Below are positions 1 through 11,739 of a stretch of DNA of 64,000 bases, piece by piece. The DNA is from Vicugna vicugna. Lineage: Eukaryota. The DNA is taken from positions 3,983,061 through 4,047,060 of the forward strand of contig MU058423.1 in the NCBI GenBank assembly GCA_013265495.1, given 5' to 3'. How positions within the stretch are numbered: the first letter of the stretch is position 1; each line of letters begins with the position of its first letter. The notes below the pieces were generated by a model, which saw nothing but the letters and a program-made list of their open reading frames with translations, did no database searches and was not told where the DNA came from. Made by a program: the position numbers and the translations under genes.

Positions 1-3000
1 TAAGGGGAGAAGAAAACTTATACTAAATCAACGCTAAATGGCTATTCGAAATAAGAGCGTCTGTAAATCTAATTTCTGCTCCATTCTGAGTCTCATTTGT
101 GAGGTGTGCACCCCTGCTGTGGCAGTAGATTGTGTCAGCAGTGATCCTGAGGGCTGAAGATTAACCCACTGCCTCTCTCCTTATTTTCATTGCATTTTTA
201 TCCATCAGTTAATGTGATTGTGTTTGCCTTCTTAGCAGTGTTATTGTGTCTTTTTTTTTTTAATAAAAGAAAGGACTATAAAGGGGCCTTTTGGAAAGCA
301 ACCATTCATCCCACCAGCACTGTAGAGCTCCTACCATATGCAAGCGTCAGAGGCACGGGGCACAGCGTCAGAATTCATCGTGTCGCTGAGCCGTTGCTTC
401 ATCCCTCTTGTCCTCTGGCCTCTGTAGCCCTCAGTCTTGAGGACGGATCATCCTGAAATGGGACATGCTGACCAATCAGAAGTAACAGCCAAAGGTGATC
501 CTAACAAATGACAAAAAAATAGAAATTCCATTCTGTTATAAACTCACACCTCTTTCCACAAAAAGGTGTACGGGTCAAATAAACGTTGTATTTTACAAAT
601 CATTTTTGACTGAATTCAGATTAGTAGCATTGCTCTTTTGACCATTACCTGGGCTCAACCATAATTCGTGGCAAGGGTCAGAGAGGTTTTGTTTTAGGAA
701 TGAGATCAGCAACACACCCTAGGTGAGTGTGCTGCCAGGTCAGCTTCCCAAGTGAAGCTCGTCACCAAGAAGAAAGTCACAGCAGGAAATACAGAGTCAA
801 TGAAAAAAATCAGGAATCAACAAGGCTATGAGAACCAAGTCCACCAGTCCGAAGACTGCTTAGTCCAGAGTAAATCCTAAGACTGCCATGTAGGTCTCAT
901 TTCTTGACCAAAGGAGATTAACATAGGTACCGTTTTTAGTTTTAAATATTACAGTTTTACTAGGTCCCGTGTTACGGGCATCCTAGTCAGTCGAAAAAGA
1001 TAGATAAGGCAGCATTGCTCCGCCCCGACACCTCTCAGCCTTCATGGCCTGGGCCGTTCTGTATTTTAGTCCCTAATCTGTATTTGGGGGTGAAATGTCA
1101 TCCAGCTTAATTTTTCTTCCCGATGCTCTATGCATTTTCCAGTCACTTCCTCCTGGGAGTGACTAACTCGGGCGTGTCAGCAGCCAGAGAGCTCCTGTTC
1201 CTGCCGTCTGTCACGTGGCGCTGCTTCTGTCTGTCCCTGTGGGTCTCGGCTGCAGACCCGAGTGCAGTGAGGCCGGGGCCCTGCTGAGCACTCACCTGGC
1301 CCCAGGAGTTAAGGCCACATCAGCTCTTTCAGGTTCACAAACTCCTCTTTCCTGACTTCAGCCTTTATTTAAAAGTTGACGTCAAAACAAAATTATCAAG
1401 GGAGCCTGCTGAGCAGAATGCTTTCCTGGCTCTAGAAGTGCTGAGTAAAACCAGGGCTGACTGCCTCGCTGGAGTAGCTGCCGTGCCAGCCGGGCTCACT
1501 TCTGAAATTCCACCGTAGAGCGTGTCCTCGTCCGTATGGTGAGCTTCTCCGTCAGTTGTCGTGTGCACAGGAGACTGAGGTTTCTTTTTAAATTAACAGC
1601 ATCTCAATAGAAAGTGTAAAAGAAGCTTTCTCTACTCAAGGCGCCTGCGGTGTGTTAAGTAAGAGAGCAACAAGCACTTGAGTGAGAAGAGTGTTGTTTT
1701 TGGAGGAGACAGAGTCCACTGTGTGTGCAAGCGCTCCCTGGCAGATGTGGATCAAAGCCATCGCTCCGGGGTCCCGCAGCACAAGAACTGAAGCCAAGGG
1801 GAGATGCAGCAACGCCGTAACAGGCCTCGGCGATTCCCGCACTTGAATTGGGGTGAAGGGCCCGGGGCTTTTCAGCCCTTCTGCCTCCTGATTGACCGGG
1901 TTGATGAAGTGCTGACTTAAGGCGGCAGCCTTGCTGGGTAGAGGCCACGCTTGTTTTCTGCCCTCTCGGGGGCTCACTGAGAAAGGATTTTGGGGACGTT
2001 ATGCAGCTGTTTGCTGGAGCATCTCCTGTAGATATCGAGGTCCTTTCCAGGTGACTTGGACGTGGAGACCTGAATGACCGCCATTCCTCCTCCCCTATTT
2101 AGGGCAGCATTTCCGGCCGGTTACAGCTTCACTGGGTTCAGTCTAGATTAGAGCAAAAAGTCTTGAAGTGGAATAAGCAAGGGCTTAAGTCTCTAAATGT
2201 GCAACACGTATCATGTTCACGAGCGGCGTCTCTCGTGGGAGGGAGCATTTTGACCTCCAAGTGAGAAGGCGGCCCTGAGGGTGTCCGTTTGCGAGCGGTA
2301 CTGATGCGGTCAGTCCCGCGTGCAGGCGGGGCATTGTTCTCAAAGGTGAAACAGGGACCCCAGGCCTTCACTGCGAAATACAGCAGAAAGGCCCGGCTCT
2401 GTATTGCCAGCAGGGCGACGCTGCAGGCTTCCTTCCACATGCTCCCTTTGTTGGGTCTGCTCTGCAAGCCTAAATTTGAGCCTGAAGAATTTCCCCACAC
2501 AGATCTCTGAAGTGTTGCGGTGGCACACCCATCACCTTTTTGCTTTTGAATTACAAGGCTAATCTGAAGATATGAGCCTGACACTGGACGGTGGGGTCCC
2601 TGCACGGGAAGGGTGAGCCTCCTCAGTGATGAGATCAGCCTACGCCCCAGAGGAAAGTAACAGGCAGACAGGGTAGAGTCGATGAAAAAACTGATTCTTT
2701 TCCATTAAACTGTACGTGATGTATTCTTTTTTATGAAGCAGGCATCAGCTGAAAGAGAAATATTTTTCAACTATGGAGAGATTGATGGTGCGGGAGAGGA
2801 AGAGTATGTAAGGGATCGGGGATAAATATGTGTCTTACTCCGTTACCACTTCAAACAAGGAGAAAGCTGAAAAGCGTTCCATTGTAGTTACTTCAGATGT
2901 TTACTTAGACTTGGTGCTATTAAAACTTTTTAATGTTCATCATGGCTATGTTTTTTTTTTAAGTACACTTGGACTTCACACTTTATTATTTTCTCAGTTC

Positions 3001-3025
3001 TCAAAGTTGTGTTGCTTATTTTCAG

Positions 3026-3162
3026 GTTTACCAAAGATGCAGGTCATTAGGAACTATACTGGAACGCCACCCCCTGCTCTTCACGAAGGGCCCCCGCTGC
3101 ACATCCAGGCAGGAGACACGGTTGAACTCCTGCAAGGGGATGCGCACAGTCTGTTTTGGCAG
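3026..3162 (+). CDS. VAV3: VAV3 internal coding exon (approx. exon 20), N-terminal SH3 domain: (G)LPKMQVIRNYTGTPPPALHEGPPLHIQAGDTVELLQGDAHSLFWQ
   Basis: ttttcag acceptor ends at 3025, gtactg donor at 3163; 137 nt, phase 1 to 0; peptide matches remembered mammalian VAV3 nSH3. Confidence 0.97.
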
Positions 3163-4842
3163 GTACTGTCCATGTTACGTTTTGTTTTTTTTATTTAACG
3201 GATGATTTGTTGCCCCTTAAAGAATAAAGCCCTTGTCTTTAAATACGTGGTGTGGGGAAAAGTAGTTTCCAGTTAACCATCCTCATATTTTACCAACACA
3301 AAAGTGGCAATGAGTGTTAGAACACTGAAGAAAATCGTGTCTGCGCTGTGAATCGGAATTACCAATTATATTAAAAATTCATACTATCCCAGAGTATTTT
3401 TTCCAAACCTGGGACCTTGGATTTGGCCTAATTTGCATGGCTTTAACACACTAACCCTTGACTTCAGGGCACTACCTCATGAGCTTGCCTGCGGCCATTT
3501 CTGGCCACACTTGATTTGTGCCTCCCACGGTAACACCTCAAGTTCTCAGACGTGCTCTGGGCGTTGTCTATGAAATAAATGAAACGCCAAAAGCAAGTGA
3601 GCATGTTGATGTTTGCTGGTGATGAAACCTCTCTCGTCCCGTTAGCCTGTGTTTGGTTCAAGGATTGGGTTAACCAAGGTAAATATGGTATGGTGTAGAG
3701 ACTTGAGAAAGCTGGATGGTAGAACATTGAAGTTTATTAAATTATTCTGTATTTTCATGTGTATGTTAGAAATATTTCCCAACAAACTTAAAAGAGTGTT
3801 GAAAATCTGTCGTGTGTTGAGAGAAAAAGGGTGGGAACAACAGGAAGAGTGAAATTTCCTAGGGCTAAAGAGAGCAGGAGAGGACTGGGGGGGAGTAACC
3901 CGCTGTGCACCCATGTAAACGACAGCTCTTTTGCTTGCGCAAAGCGATTTTCTTGCCCACCATCTTGTTACAGACGAATGCTCCTAAGTTGAACCTGTAG
4001 CTCCAACCACACTGGCTTTTCCAAAGCTCCACCATTCATTCTTCTTAAGCATCCTATTCCTCTCATACCTCATCCATCCTTAAAAAGAGAGAGAATGGCC
4101 GACTTAAACTCTACCAACTCCTCAGTCCATTCCTGCATCTCCCAGTCCAGCCACAGATCATACCTACGTGTGTGCTTCCCCTTATTCAAGTCATCTTTTT
4201 CTTGGCTTTTCCATCCCACCATTTCATCAGTTGGCTCCAGACCCCCTACATTTTCAATCTCACTGTCTCTTTCTCTCATCTCAAAACACAGATAACTCAA
4301 CGTTGTGTCTGTCTGTGTGGGTCTCCCGCTTCCTTGCTCTTGCTCCTCCACTCCCTCCCCCGGTCCCACAGCTAAGCTTCCTGGGAGACTTGTCTACACT
4401 CAGTCGCTGCCTCCTTATGCCCTGTTCATACTGCAGTCTCCTGCAGAAACCCCTCCTCCTCGGATTACCAATGCCTCTTAAAAATAAAAAAAAAACAAAA
4501 CACCTTTGAGACACACGATCAACCACACATATTTGAAGTGCAGTGACATTTCACACGTTTTGACAAATGTGTGTGTAAGTGGAAGCATTGCTGCAATCAA
4601 GATGATAAAATCAGCCCCTGGGTTTTGCGAGCCCCTTTGTAAGCTCCCTCTCATGCCCCTGCTTGCTGCCCTTCCCCACGCCCCAGGCAGCGCTCTGCTG
4701 CTTTCAGACTGAGCTTGCATTTCTCAGAATTTTGTATCGTACATCACCTAGTAGTGTGTATTCCTTTTTGTATGGCTTCTTTCACGTAACATAATTATCT
4801 TGAGATTAATCCATGTTGCTTTGTGTAACCATAGTTCTATGC

Positions 4843-5453
4843 TATTTTTTAAACCACTTTGTTGAGGTATGATTGACATCCAAAAAGCTGTGCGTGTTTG
4901 ATGTATACAGCTGGATGAGTTCGGAGCTAAGTGTATATATCTTTGAAACTATCATCACAATTTATACCATAGACATATCTATCCCTTCTAGAAGTTTCCT
5001 CCCATCCTCCTTTTTATTTTATTTTATTCTCTTTTTCTTTTCTTTTATTTTTGTGATTAACAACATTCAACATAAGCTCTACCCTCTTGGAAAAATTTTA
5101 AGTGTATAACGCAGCATTACTGAACTGTAGGCTCTACACAGCAGATCTCTAGGACTCATTCATCTTTAATAACTGAAACTTGTACCCTCTGACTGCTACC
5201 TCCCCCATTTCCCTCTTCCCCCTGCCCCTGGAGACCCCCATTCTCCTCTCGGCTTCTATGAGTTTGGCTAGTTTAGATTCCTCATTTTTGTACAGCCAAG
5301 ACTTAGAAGCAACCTAAACATCTATCAATGGACGAATGGATAAATCAAGAAAGTATGGTGTACAACATAATGGAATGCTATTCAGACTTAGAAAAGAAGG
5401 AAATCCTGTCATTTGCAAAAAACATGAAAGAACTTGGAGGACATAATGCTAAG
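4843..5453 (-). mobile_element. Nested L1MA-like 3' fragment with 5' inversion
   Basis: antisense L1 3' UTR at 4843-5285 followed by a sense L1 segment at 5290-5453 (acagccaag...ataatgctaag). Confidence 0.75.
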
Positions 5454-7799
5454 AGAAGTTCTTTCTTCTTATTGCCAATCAGTATTCCAGGTAGAGACCT
5501 AGCACGGTTTATTTATCCATTAGCCTGTTTATGGGCTATCAGGTTATTACAGTTTGGGGCTGTTACGAATGCACGTCTGTGAACATTTAAATATAAATCT
5601 TTGTATAGAAATACTTTCATTTTCTTTAGCTAAATACTGAAAGGGGAATGGGTAGATCAGAAGTAGATGTATGTTTAATTTTTTGAGAGACTACCAAACT
5701 GTTTTTCTAAGTGATTTTACCGTGTTACAGTTCTGCCAGTTCTAAGTGCTGCGTGTCCTCAGCAACACTGGGTGTGGTCAGTCTTCTTGCGTTTATCAGT
5801 TCCATCAGGTGTAAAGTGGTGCCTCATCGTGGCTCTGATTTACATTGTCCTAATGACCAATGACATTGAGCATCTTCTCCTGTGCTTGTTTACCATTTAT
5901 ATACCTTCACTGATGAAGTGCTTGTTCAGATATTTTGTCAAAATTTTTAATGGGTTGTTTTCTTATTACTGAGTTTTGAGAATCTCTTACATATTTTGGG
6001 TACAAGTCCTTGATAAATTATATTATTTCCGTATATTTTCTCCTGGCCTGTGGCTTGCCTTTTTATTGTCTTGATTATGTGATACCTAGAGCCGAAGTGT
6101 TTACTTTTGATGTCGTTCAGTTTGTTAATTTTTTCCTTTGGGAATAACACTGACATTGTATCTAAGAAATCTGTGCTTTCCCCAAGGCAAGAAAACTGTG
6201 TTTTCTTTTAGAATGTTTATAGTTTTAGGTTTTACATTTAGGCTTATGATCCATTTTGTGTTGTTTTTTTATATATGGCAAGAATTACTCTCTTGCTTAT
6301 GGGTATCAGTGTGTGTTCCAGCACTGTTTATTGCAAACTCTCTCTCTATCGGATTGCCTTTGCACTTTGTAGAAAATAATCTGTTCGTATATGTGTAGGT
6401 CTGTTTCTGGATCCTTTTTTCTACTGATCTCTCTCAATTTGATGCTATTTTGATTATTGCAGCTAAAAGTAAGTCTTGAAATCAGTTAGTGTTAGTCCTC
6501 CACATTTTTTTTCCCCCAGAGATGTTTTGGCTATTTTAGGTGCTTATTAGCATTTCTTATGAAATTTAGAGTATCTCGGCAATTTCACTAATAAAAGCTT
6601 GCTGGAATTTTGATTGGGACTGTGTTGAATTTAAATCAATACGGGAGAACTGACATTTTAACAACATTGAGTCTTCTGACTACTGAACACGGTGTATCTC
6701 TGCATGCATTTAGGTCTTTAAATTCTCAGCAACGTTCTGCCATTGTCAGGGTGGAAGACATGCACACCCTTTGTCGTATTTATCTATGGTTATTTCATGT
6801 TTCATTTTGATGCTACTGTAAATAGTAGTTTCAAAATTTCAATTTTAAATGTTTATTGCTAGTATGTAGAAATATAATTGATTTTTGTTAATGTATCATT
6901 TACCCTAAAATCTTGTTGAATTCACATATTAGTTCTTGTAGCTTTTTTCTATAGATCGCAGCAGATTTTTGATATAGACAGTCGTGCTGTGAGTGAGTAA
7001 GCCTTATTTTACTTCTTCCTTTGCAATCTGGGTGCCTTCTATGTTCTGTCTTTTTGTTGCCTTGTGACAATGGCCAGCACCGCCATTAAAATGTCGAATG
7101 GAGGTGGTAAAAGAGTACATTCTTGCTTTATTCTTGATCGTAGGGGGAAAGCATTAAGTCTTCTACCATCAAGTATGATGTTCTCTGTAGTTTTTCGTAA
7201 ACACCCTTTATCAAGTTGAGGACATTCTCTTCTAGTCCCAGTTCGTTGAAAGTCTTTGTCAGTAATGCATGTTGAGTTTTGTCAAGTGTTCTTTCTGCAT
7301 CAGTTGAAGTGATTTTGTGATTCTTCTTTTTAATTTGTTAATATGGTGAATTGCATTGGTTTTCAGATGCTAAACTAACCTTACTTCCCTGAGATAAATC
7401 CCAGTTGGTAATGATAAAGTGTCCTTTTTGTTCTTGTTGTTTTATTATTATTTTTTGTAATGTCTTTGTCTGGGTTTGGTAATAGTTTAATACTCAAAGA
7501 ATGAACTGGATATTACTCCCTTCTCTTAAATTTTCTGAAAGAACTGGCTTTGTTATTTCTTTCTGGAGTGATTTGTAGAATTTACCAGTGATGCTGTTCT
7601 AGGCCTGGAGTTTCCTTTGTAGGAGAACTTATTTAAAGTATAAATTCAACTTCCTTAGTAAGTGTGTGGCTATCCAGTTTATCTGTTTCTTGCTGAGTGA
7701 GCTTTGGTAGTTTGTGTGTGGAATCTGTTGTGTCATCTCTCTCATTTCTGGCCTTGGTAATTTGTGTCTTCTCTTTTTCCTTTCTGGTCATTCTAACTA

Positions 7800-8243
7800 T
7801 AGGCGTACCTAGGAATTATTGTGGGTTTGGTTCCAGACCACTGCCATAAAGCAAATCACATAAATTTTTTAGTTTCCCAGTGCTTACACTAACTTACACT
7901 AACTGTGGTCTACCGAGTGTGCAATAGCATAATGCCTAAAAAATACACATGCCTTAATTAAAAAATACTTTATTGCTAAAAAGTGCTAACCATCATCCGA
8001 GCCTTCGGTGAGTCATAGTAGTAACATTGAAGATCACAGACCACCGTAAGACATAGAATAATAACGAAAAAGTTTGAAATATTGAGAGAATAACAAAATG
8101 TGACTCAGAGACATGAACTGTTGGCAAAAATGGTGTTGAAAGACTTGTTCGACACAGGGTTGCCACAAAAACTTCCATTTGTGAAGAATGTGTTATCTGC
8201 AAAGCACAATAAAGGGAAGTGCAGTGAAGATGAGGTAGGCCTG
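7800..8243 (-). mobile_element. Internally deleted Tigger1-type (TcMar-Tigger) DNA transposon, ~445 bp
   Basis: termini (t)aggcgtacct... and ...gaggtaggcctg match the CAGGCATACCTC TIR; both Tigger1 end sequences recognisable; flanked by ta / tg (decayed TA TSD). Confidence 0.85.
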
Positions 8244-8353
8244 TGACTGTTACGGGTTTTATTGATCTTTTCATAGAACCAGCATTTGGTTTCACTGGTT
8301 CTCTCTATTGTTTTTCTCTTTCCCATTTCATTGATTTCTGCTCTGGTCTGGTT

Positions 8354-9065
8354 CGTGTCTGGTATGTTCACCTGACGCGTCTTTGCCACCATCATTTTTG
8401 CCTCATAACTAATTGGCCGTAAGGCAGTTCTGCTGTAAAAGATAAAATAACGAAAAGTAAAATGTGTACAGTTGATTCATGATAGTACCGTGCAAATGAC
8501 TGGGTTTATTTTGTGGGTTGTACCTAAGCACGTGCCTTCTGAGTCTTTTGTTCATAGTGTTTTATACATGTTCTTACTGCTTGTTTGTTCATTTGTCTCC
8601 TTGTTCTGCATCACACATTTCTTTTTTTTTTTTTTTCACGAAAGTGTCTTCCTTCCCATAAGAGAGTATTTCCAAATACTAGGATGCATGTTTGTACCTG
8701 AGCTGTGCGTTGCATTGTGAGCGCCTCTACCCTGTTGTTTGTTCTTGGTATACTGTCCCATGTCTGTGGATAGACAAGCCGCACTTCTCTGGGAAGCATG
8801 GCCTCAGCTCTGCAGCTTCGAGGCCCTCAGCCTCTTTCTCTTTGTTTTTTCTAAATAAGAGACCAGCTCTTGGGGCAAATCATCCTAATCGGTCAGCTGG
8901 ATAAAGCCATCAGTAACGCTGCTGACTGGAAGTAATGCCAACACACTTCAACCAGTGGAAGCCGAACTGTCAAACCAAAAACTAGTTATTTTATCTTTCA
9001 TTGCAGAGTGGCCTTACAGCCAATTAGTTATGTGGCAAAAATACTTAGAGCAAAACTACCTAGAA
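8354..9065 (-). mobile_element. Mutator-like (MULE/MuDR superfamily) non-autonomous DNA transposon, family not recognised
   Basis: inverted repeat 8395-8451 vs 8985-9041 (49/57 identical by hand alignment); direct repeat ctggtctggtt at 8343-8353 and 9066-9076; transposase remnant inside. Confidence 0.85.
8458..8945 (-). pseudogene. Decayed C-terminal part of a MULE-type DDE transposase
   Basis: hand translation across frameshifts: VLALLPVSSVTDGFIQLTD*DDLPQELVSYLEKT...MLPREVRLVYPQTWDSIPRTNNRVEA/HNATHSSGTNMHPSIWK...TMNKRLRRHVLRYNPQNKPSHLHGTIMN. Confidence 0.8.
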
Positions 9066-10249
9066 CTGGTCTGGTTATTTCTTCCTTTCTTCTCCTTATT
9101 TTGGATTTAATTTGCTCTTACTTTTCTAGTTTCTTGAGGCAGAATATTTGCTCACTGATCGGAGAACTTTCTTTTCCTAACGTTGGCGTTTAGCCCTATA
9201 AACTTCTGAGCACTGTTTTGTTGCACCCCTCCCCCCCCATTTTGTTATGTTGTGTTTTTATTTTGGGTCAGCTCAAAATACTTTTCTAAATTCCCTTCCA
9301 TTTTCTTCTTATGGGTTATTCAGAAGTACATTATTTAGTTTCCAAATATTTGGGATTTCCTAAATACATTTCTGTTTTTAATTTCCTATTTAATTCCATA
9401 TCGTAAGAGAAAACAGTCTGTATGACTTGAATCATTTAAAATTTCTTCAGGATTATTCTCTGGCCCAGAATGTGGTCTGTTTTGGTAAGTGCTCTGTGTA
9501 CATACACTTGAAAAGAATGCGTGTTCTACTTTTTAGGGTGGGGTGTTCTACAAATGCCACCTAAGTCCAAATAATTGACAGTATTGTTCAGGTGTTCTGC
9601 GTCCTTACCGACCCGTGACATAGCCATCCAGCCCGTCCGCTGTCCGGCACCCAAGCTGGCGTCTGCAGACTCTCACCCCCACCCATGTCCTGTTAGTCAC
9701 CATCACAGGCTGCTCGCTTTCTCCTCTGAGTAGCTGTCATTCACTGCGTCCTCTCTACCTTTGTTGTCACTGCCTGGTTTCCACTCTCGTAAGTACTGCG
9801 TGACACCTGAGATCACCTTCCACCTGGTCTCCTCACCCCCAGAACATGTCTGCCTGTTAGCCTCCAGACCACTGCCAAGTTCAGATGCAACTAGTGACAG
9901 AATCCCTTGTTAAAGTCCCCCAGTGTCTTCCTCCTGCCCAGACAGGATTCACATCTCTTGGCCTGAGTAGAAGCATCTGTGGACTCGAGGCTCATGTCAC
10001 AGCCCCTGCCTGCTCCTCTGACCCCGTCTCTTGCCAGGGGCCCACATGCCGTGTGTGTGTCCTCCCTTCCGTGACCCCCCTCCTGCCATGGCTCCAGCTC
10101 CCTTGGAGCCTTTCCTGTCCCATCTCCCCTCCTACTCCCAGTCCTGTTTCCAAGCACAGATGGACGGAAGTCCCTCTCATTTGCTCCTTTCTTGGGGGTA
10201 ATAATGACAACAACAGCACTGATGGCTGGTGTTCATTATACATTTTTTA

Positions 10250-10400
10250 TGTACAAGGTAGACTTCTACGCATACTTTACATGTATGAACACATATCGTG
10301 CTGACGAAAATCCTATAAAATTCATGCTTTTATTGTCCCTGTTTTGTAAGTGAGTGAACTCAGGCACTGCGAGGTTAAGGAGCCTTTTGGTATGGCTTGC
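10250..10400 (-). mobile_element. MIR SINE fragment
   Basis: tattgtccctgttttgtaagtgagtgaactcaggcactgcgaggttaag resembles the MIR core. Confidence 0.6.
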
Positions 10401-10460
10401 AAGTTTGTTCTTGGGTGGCCGGGTGGGATGTGCTGAGTAAATAGGCATTTAGTGTCGCTG

Positions 10461-10597
10461 TGGGGCGTAGGGACGGGCCGTGGGGACGGACGGGGCGTGG
10501 GGACTGGGCGTGGGGACACACGGGGCGTTGGGACAGGGCGTGGGGACAGACGGGGCGTGGGGACGGGCCATGGGGACGGGGTGTGGGGACGGGGCGT
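10461..10597 (+). repeat. G-rich minisatellite, 30-bp period (tggggacagacggggcgtggggacgggccg-like)
   Basis: three full units at 10481-10510, 10511-10540, 10541-10570 plus partial flanking units. Confidence 0.93.
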
Positions 10598-10724
10598 TCC
10601 TCAGTCCTGCGACTAGGTCTCAGGTTCCAGGGAGCCCGTGCCTCAGGACAGTGAACGTCACACGTGTTCCTCAGTTTTCCTTCTCCCCTCTAAGGTGGGA
10701 CGGGATGGCGAGACAGGGCTAGAG

Positions 10725-11210
10725 GCGAGTATTTTTCTAACAGGCTGTGCTCTGTTAACCAGGTCCCCTTGAGGACCAGCCTTGCGGAGAAGGGACTGCC
10801 TTGTGCCCTCCCTCTGCCTGAAGGCGCAGGGGATTCTTCTCCCTTATTTCCTGGGGGAATCTGGTCCAGCTCTTTAACATAAGTCTTAGAATATGATGAG
10901 GCCCCCAGTGACGGGGCTCCTGGAGTTTTTAACCCTTACGATTGTCGACACTGAGCCACCAGCAGCTTGCCGATTACAGCTCAGGGTGTCCTGCCCCCTC
11001 CGGCGCCGGCACTGCATCTTGGGGTAGTTTCTGCTGGGGAGCCTCTCCTGTAAGCTGGGCCCCCTGTGTTTGCCTGTCTGTCCCTCTAGTCTTGGGGGCT
11101 GAGATTTGTCCTGGGTCTGCCTCTCTACAGATCCAAGAAAAGTTGTTGACTCTTCAGCCCATTCAGCTTTTTACTTGTCAGGATGGAGTGATGATCTGGA
11201 AGCCCCAGCA
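10725..11210 (-). mobile_element. Probable 5' region of an old L1M element
   Basis: ttcagctttttacttgtcaggatggagtgatga and neighbouring text resemble L1M 5' ends as I recall them. Confidence 0.5.
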
Positions 11211-11739
11211 CTCTTTTACCAAACTGTACTGCCTTCTAGACTCTGCAGACAACAAGCAAGACATTAGTGTCAGTCATTGCCTCTCAGCAGCCCGGAAGCA
11301 TGAGGCGCTATCGTGTGATGGCATAATGGTTTTGGAGACGCTCAGGAGAGATGGGAACCACTGGATGGCAAAACGTGCGTGTATCACTGTCCAGGCGGGA
11401 TATGTGAGAGGAGCAAGAAGGGCTGATGTCCAGAACAGAGGATAACAATTAGCAGTTAGTTCAGATCAGCTGGTGTGTATTGGGTGTCATTGTGTCCGCA
11501 CTCCTCAGACGTAGCTCACACTCCAGTTATCAGTTCCAGTCGTTGGTTTGACATTGGGTTTCCTGTCTCTAGAAGGATCATTCATGCTTGCTGGCAGCTA
11601 GCCATTTGTCTGGATGTTCAGAGATACTTTACAAATCTAGTATTTCTGACAGGGACAGAGCGTGGGTCAGAGTTGTGTTGGGGTGGGGGTGGGTACCTCT
11701 AAGCCAGTCCCAGGACTTTTAGCTAACAGATGCTAAGGA

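Larger units (their letters stand above)
4480..9610 (-). mobile_element. Old decayed LINE-1 (L1M-type, 3' end plus ORF2 remnants) interrupted by three nested insertions
   Basis: T-rich antisense L1 text; minus ORF fragments such as IKSKHFGSRYHIIKTIKRQATGQEKIY (5947-6156) and RAEINEMGKRKTIERTSETKCWFYEKINK (8105-8395) resemble L1 ORF2; boundaries approximate. Confidence 0.85.

Noticed and set aside
2830..3198. ORF 2830..3198 as a stand-alone gene
   Set aside because: Only 3026-3162 is VAV3-like and bounded by splice sites; the flanks are intron read-through.
8611..8799. Domesticated functional transposase gene
   Set aside because: Only the C-terminal part is present, with a stop, frameshifts and an expanded poly-A; treated as a fossil.
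10461..10597. CRISPR-like array or repeat-encoded protein (ORFs 10460, 10480, 10322)
   Set aside because: Contiguous tandem units with no unique spacers, in eukaryotic context; the ORFs are artefacts of a stop-poor G-rich repeat.
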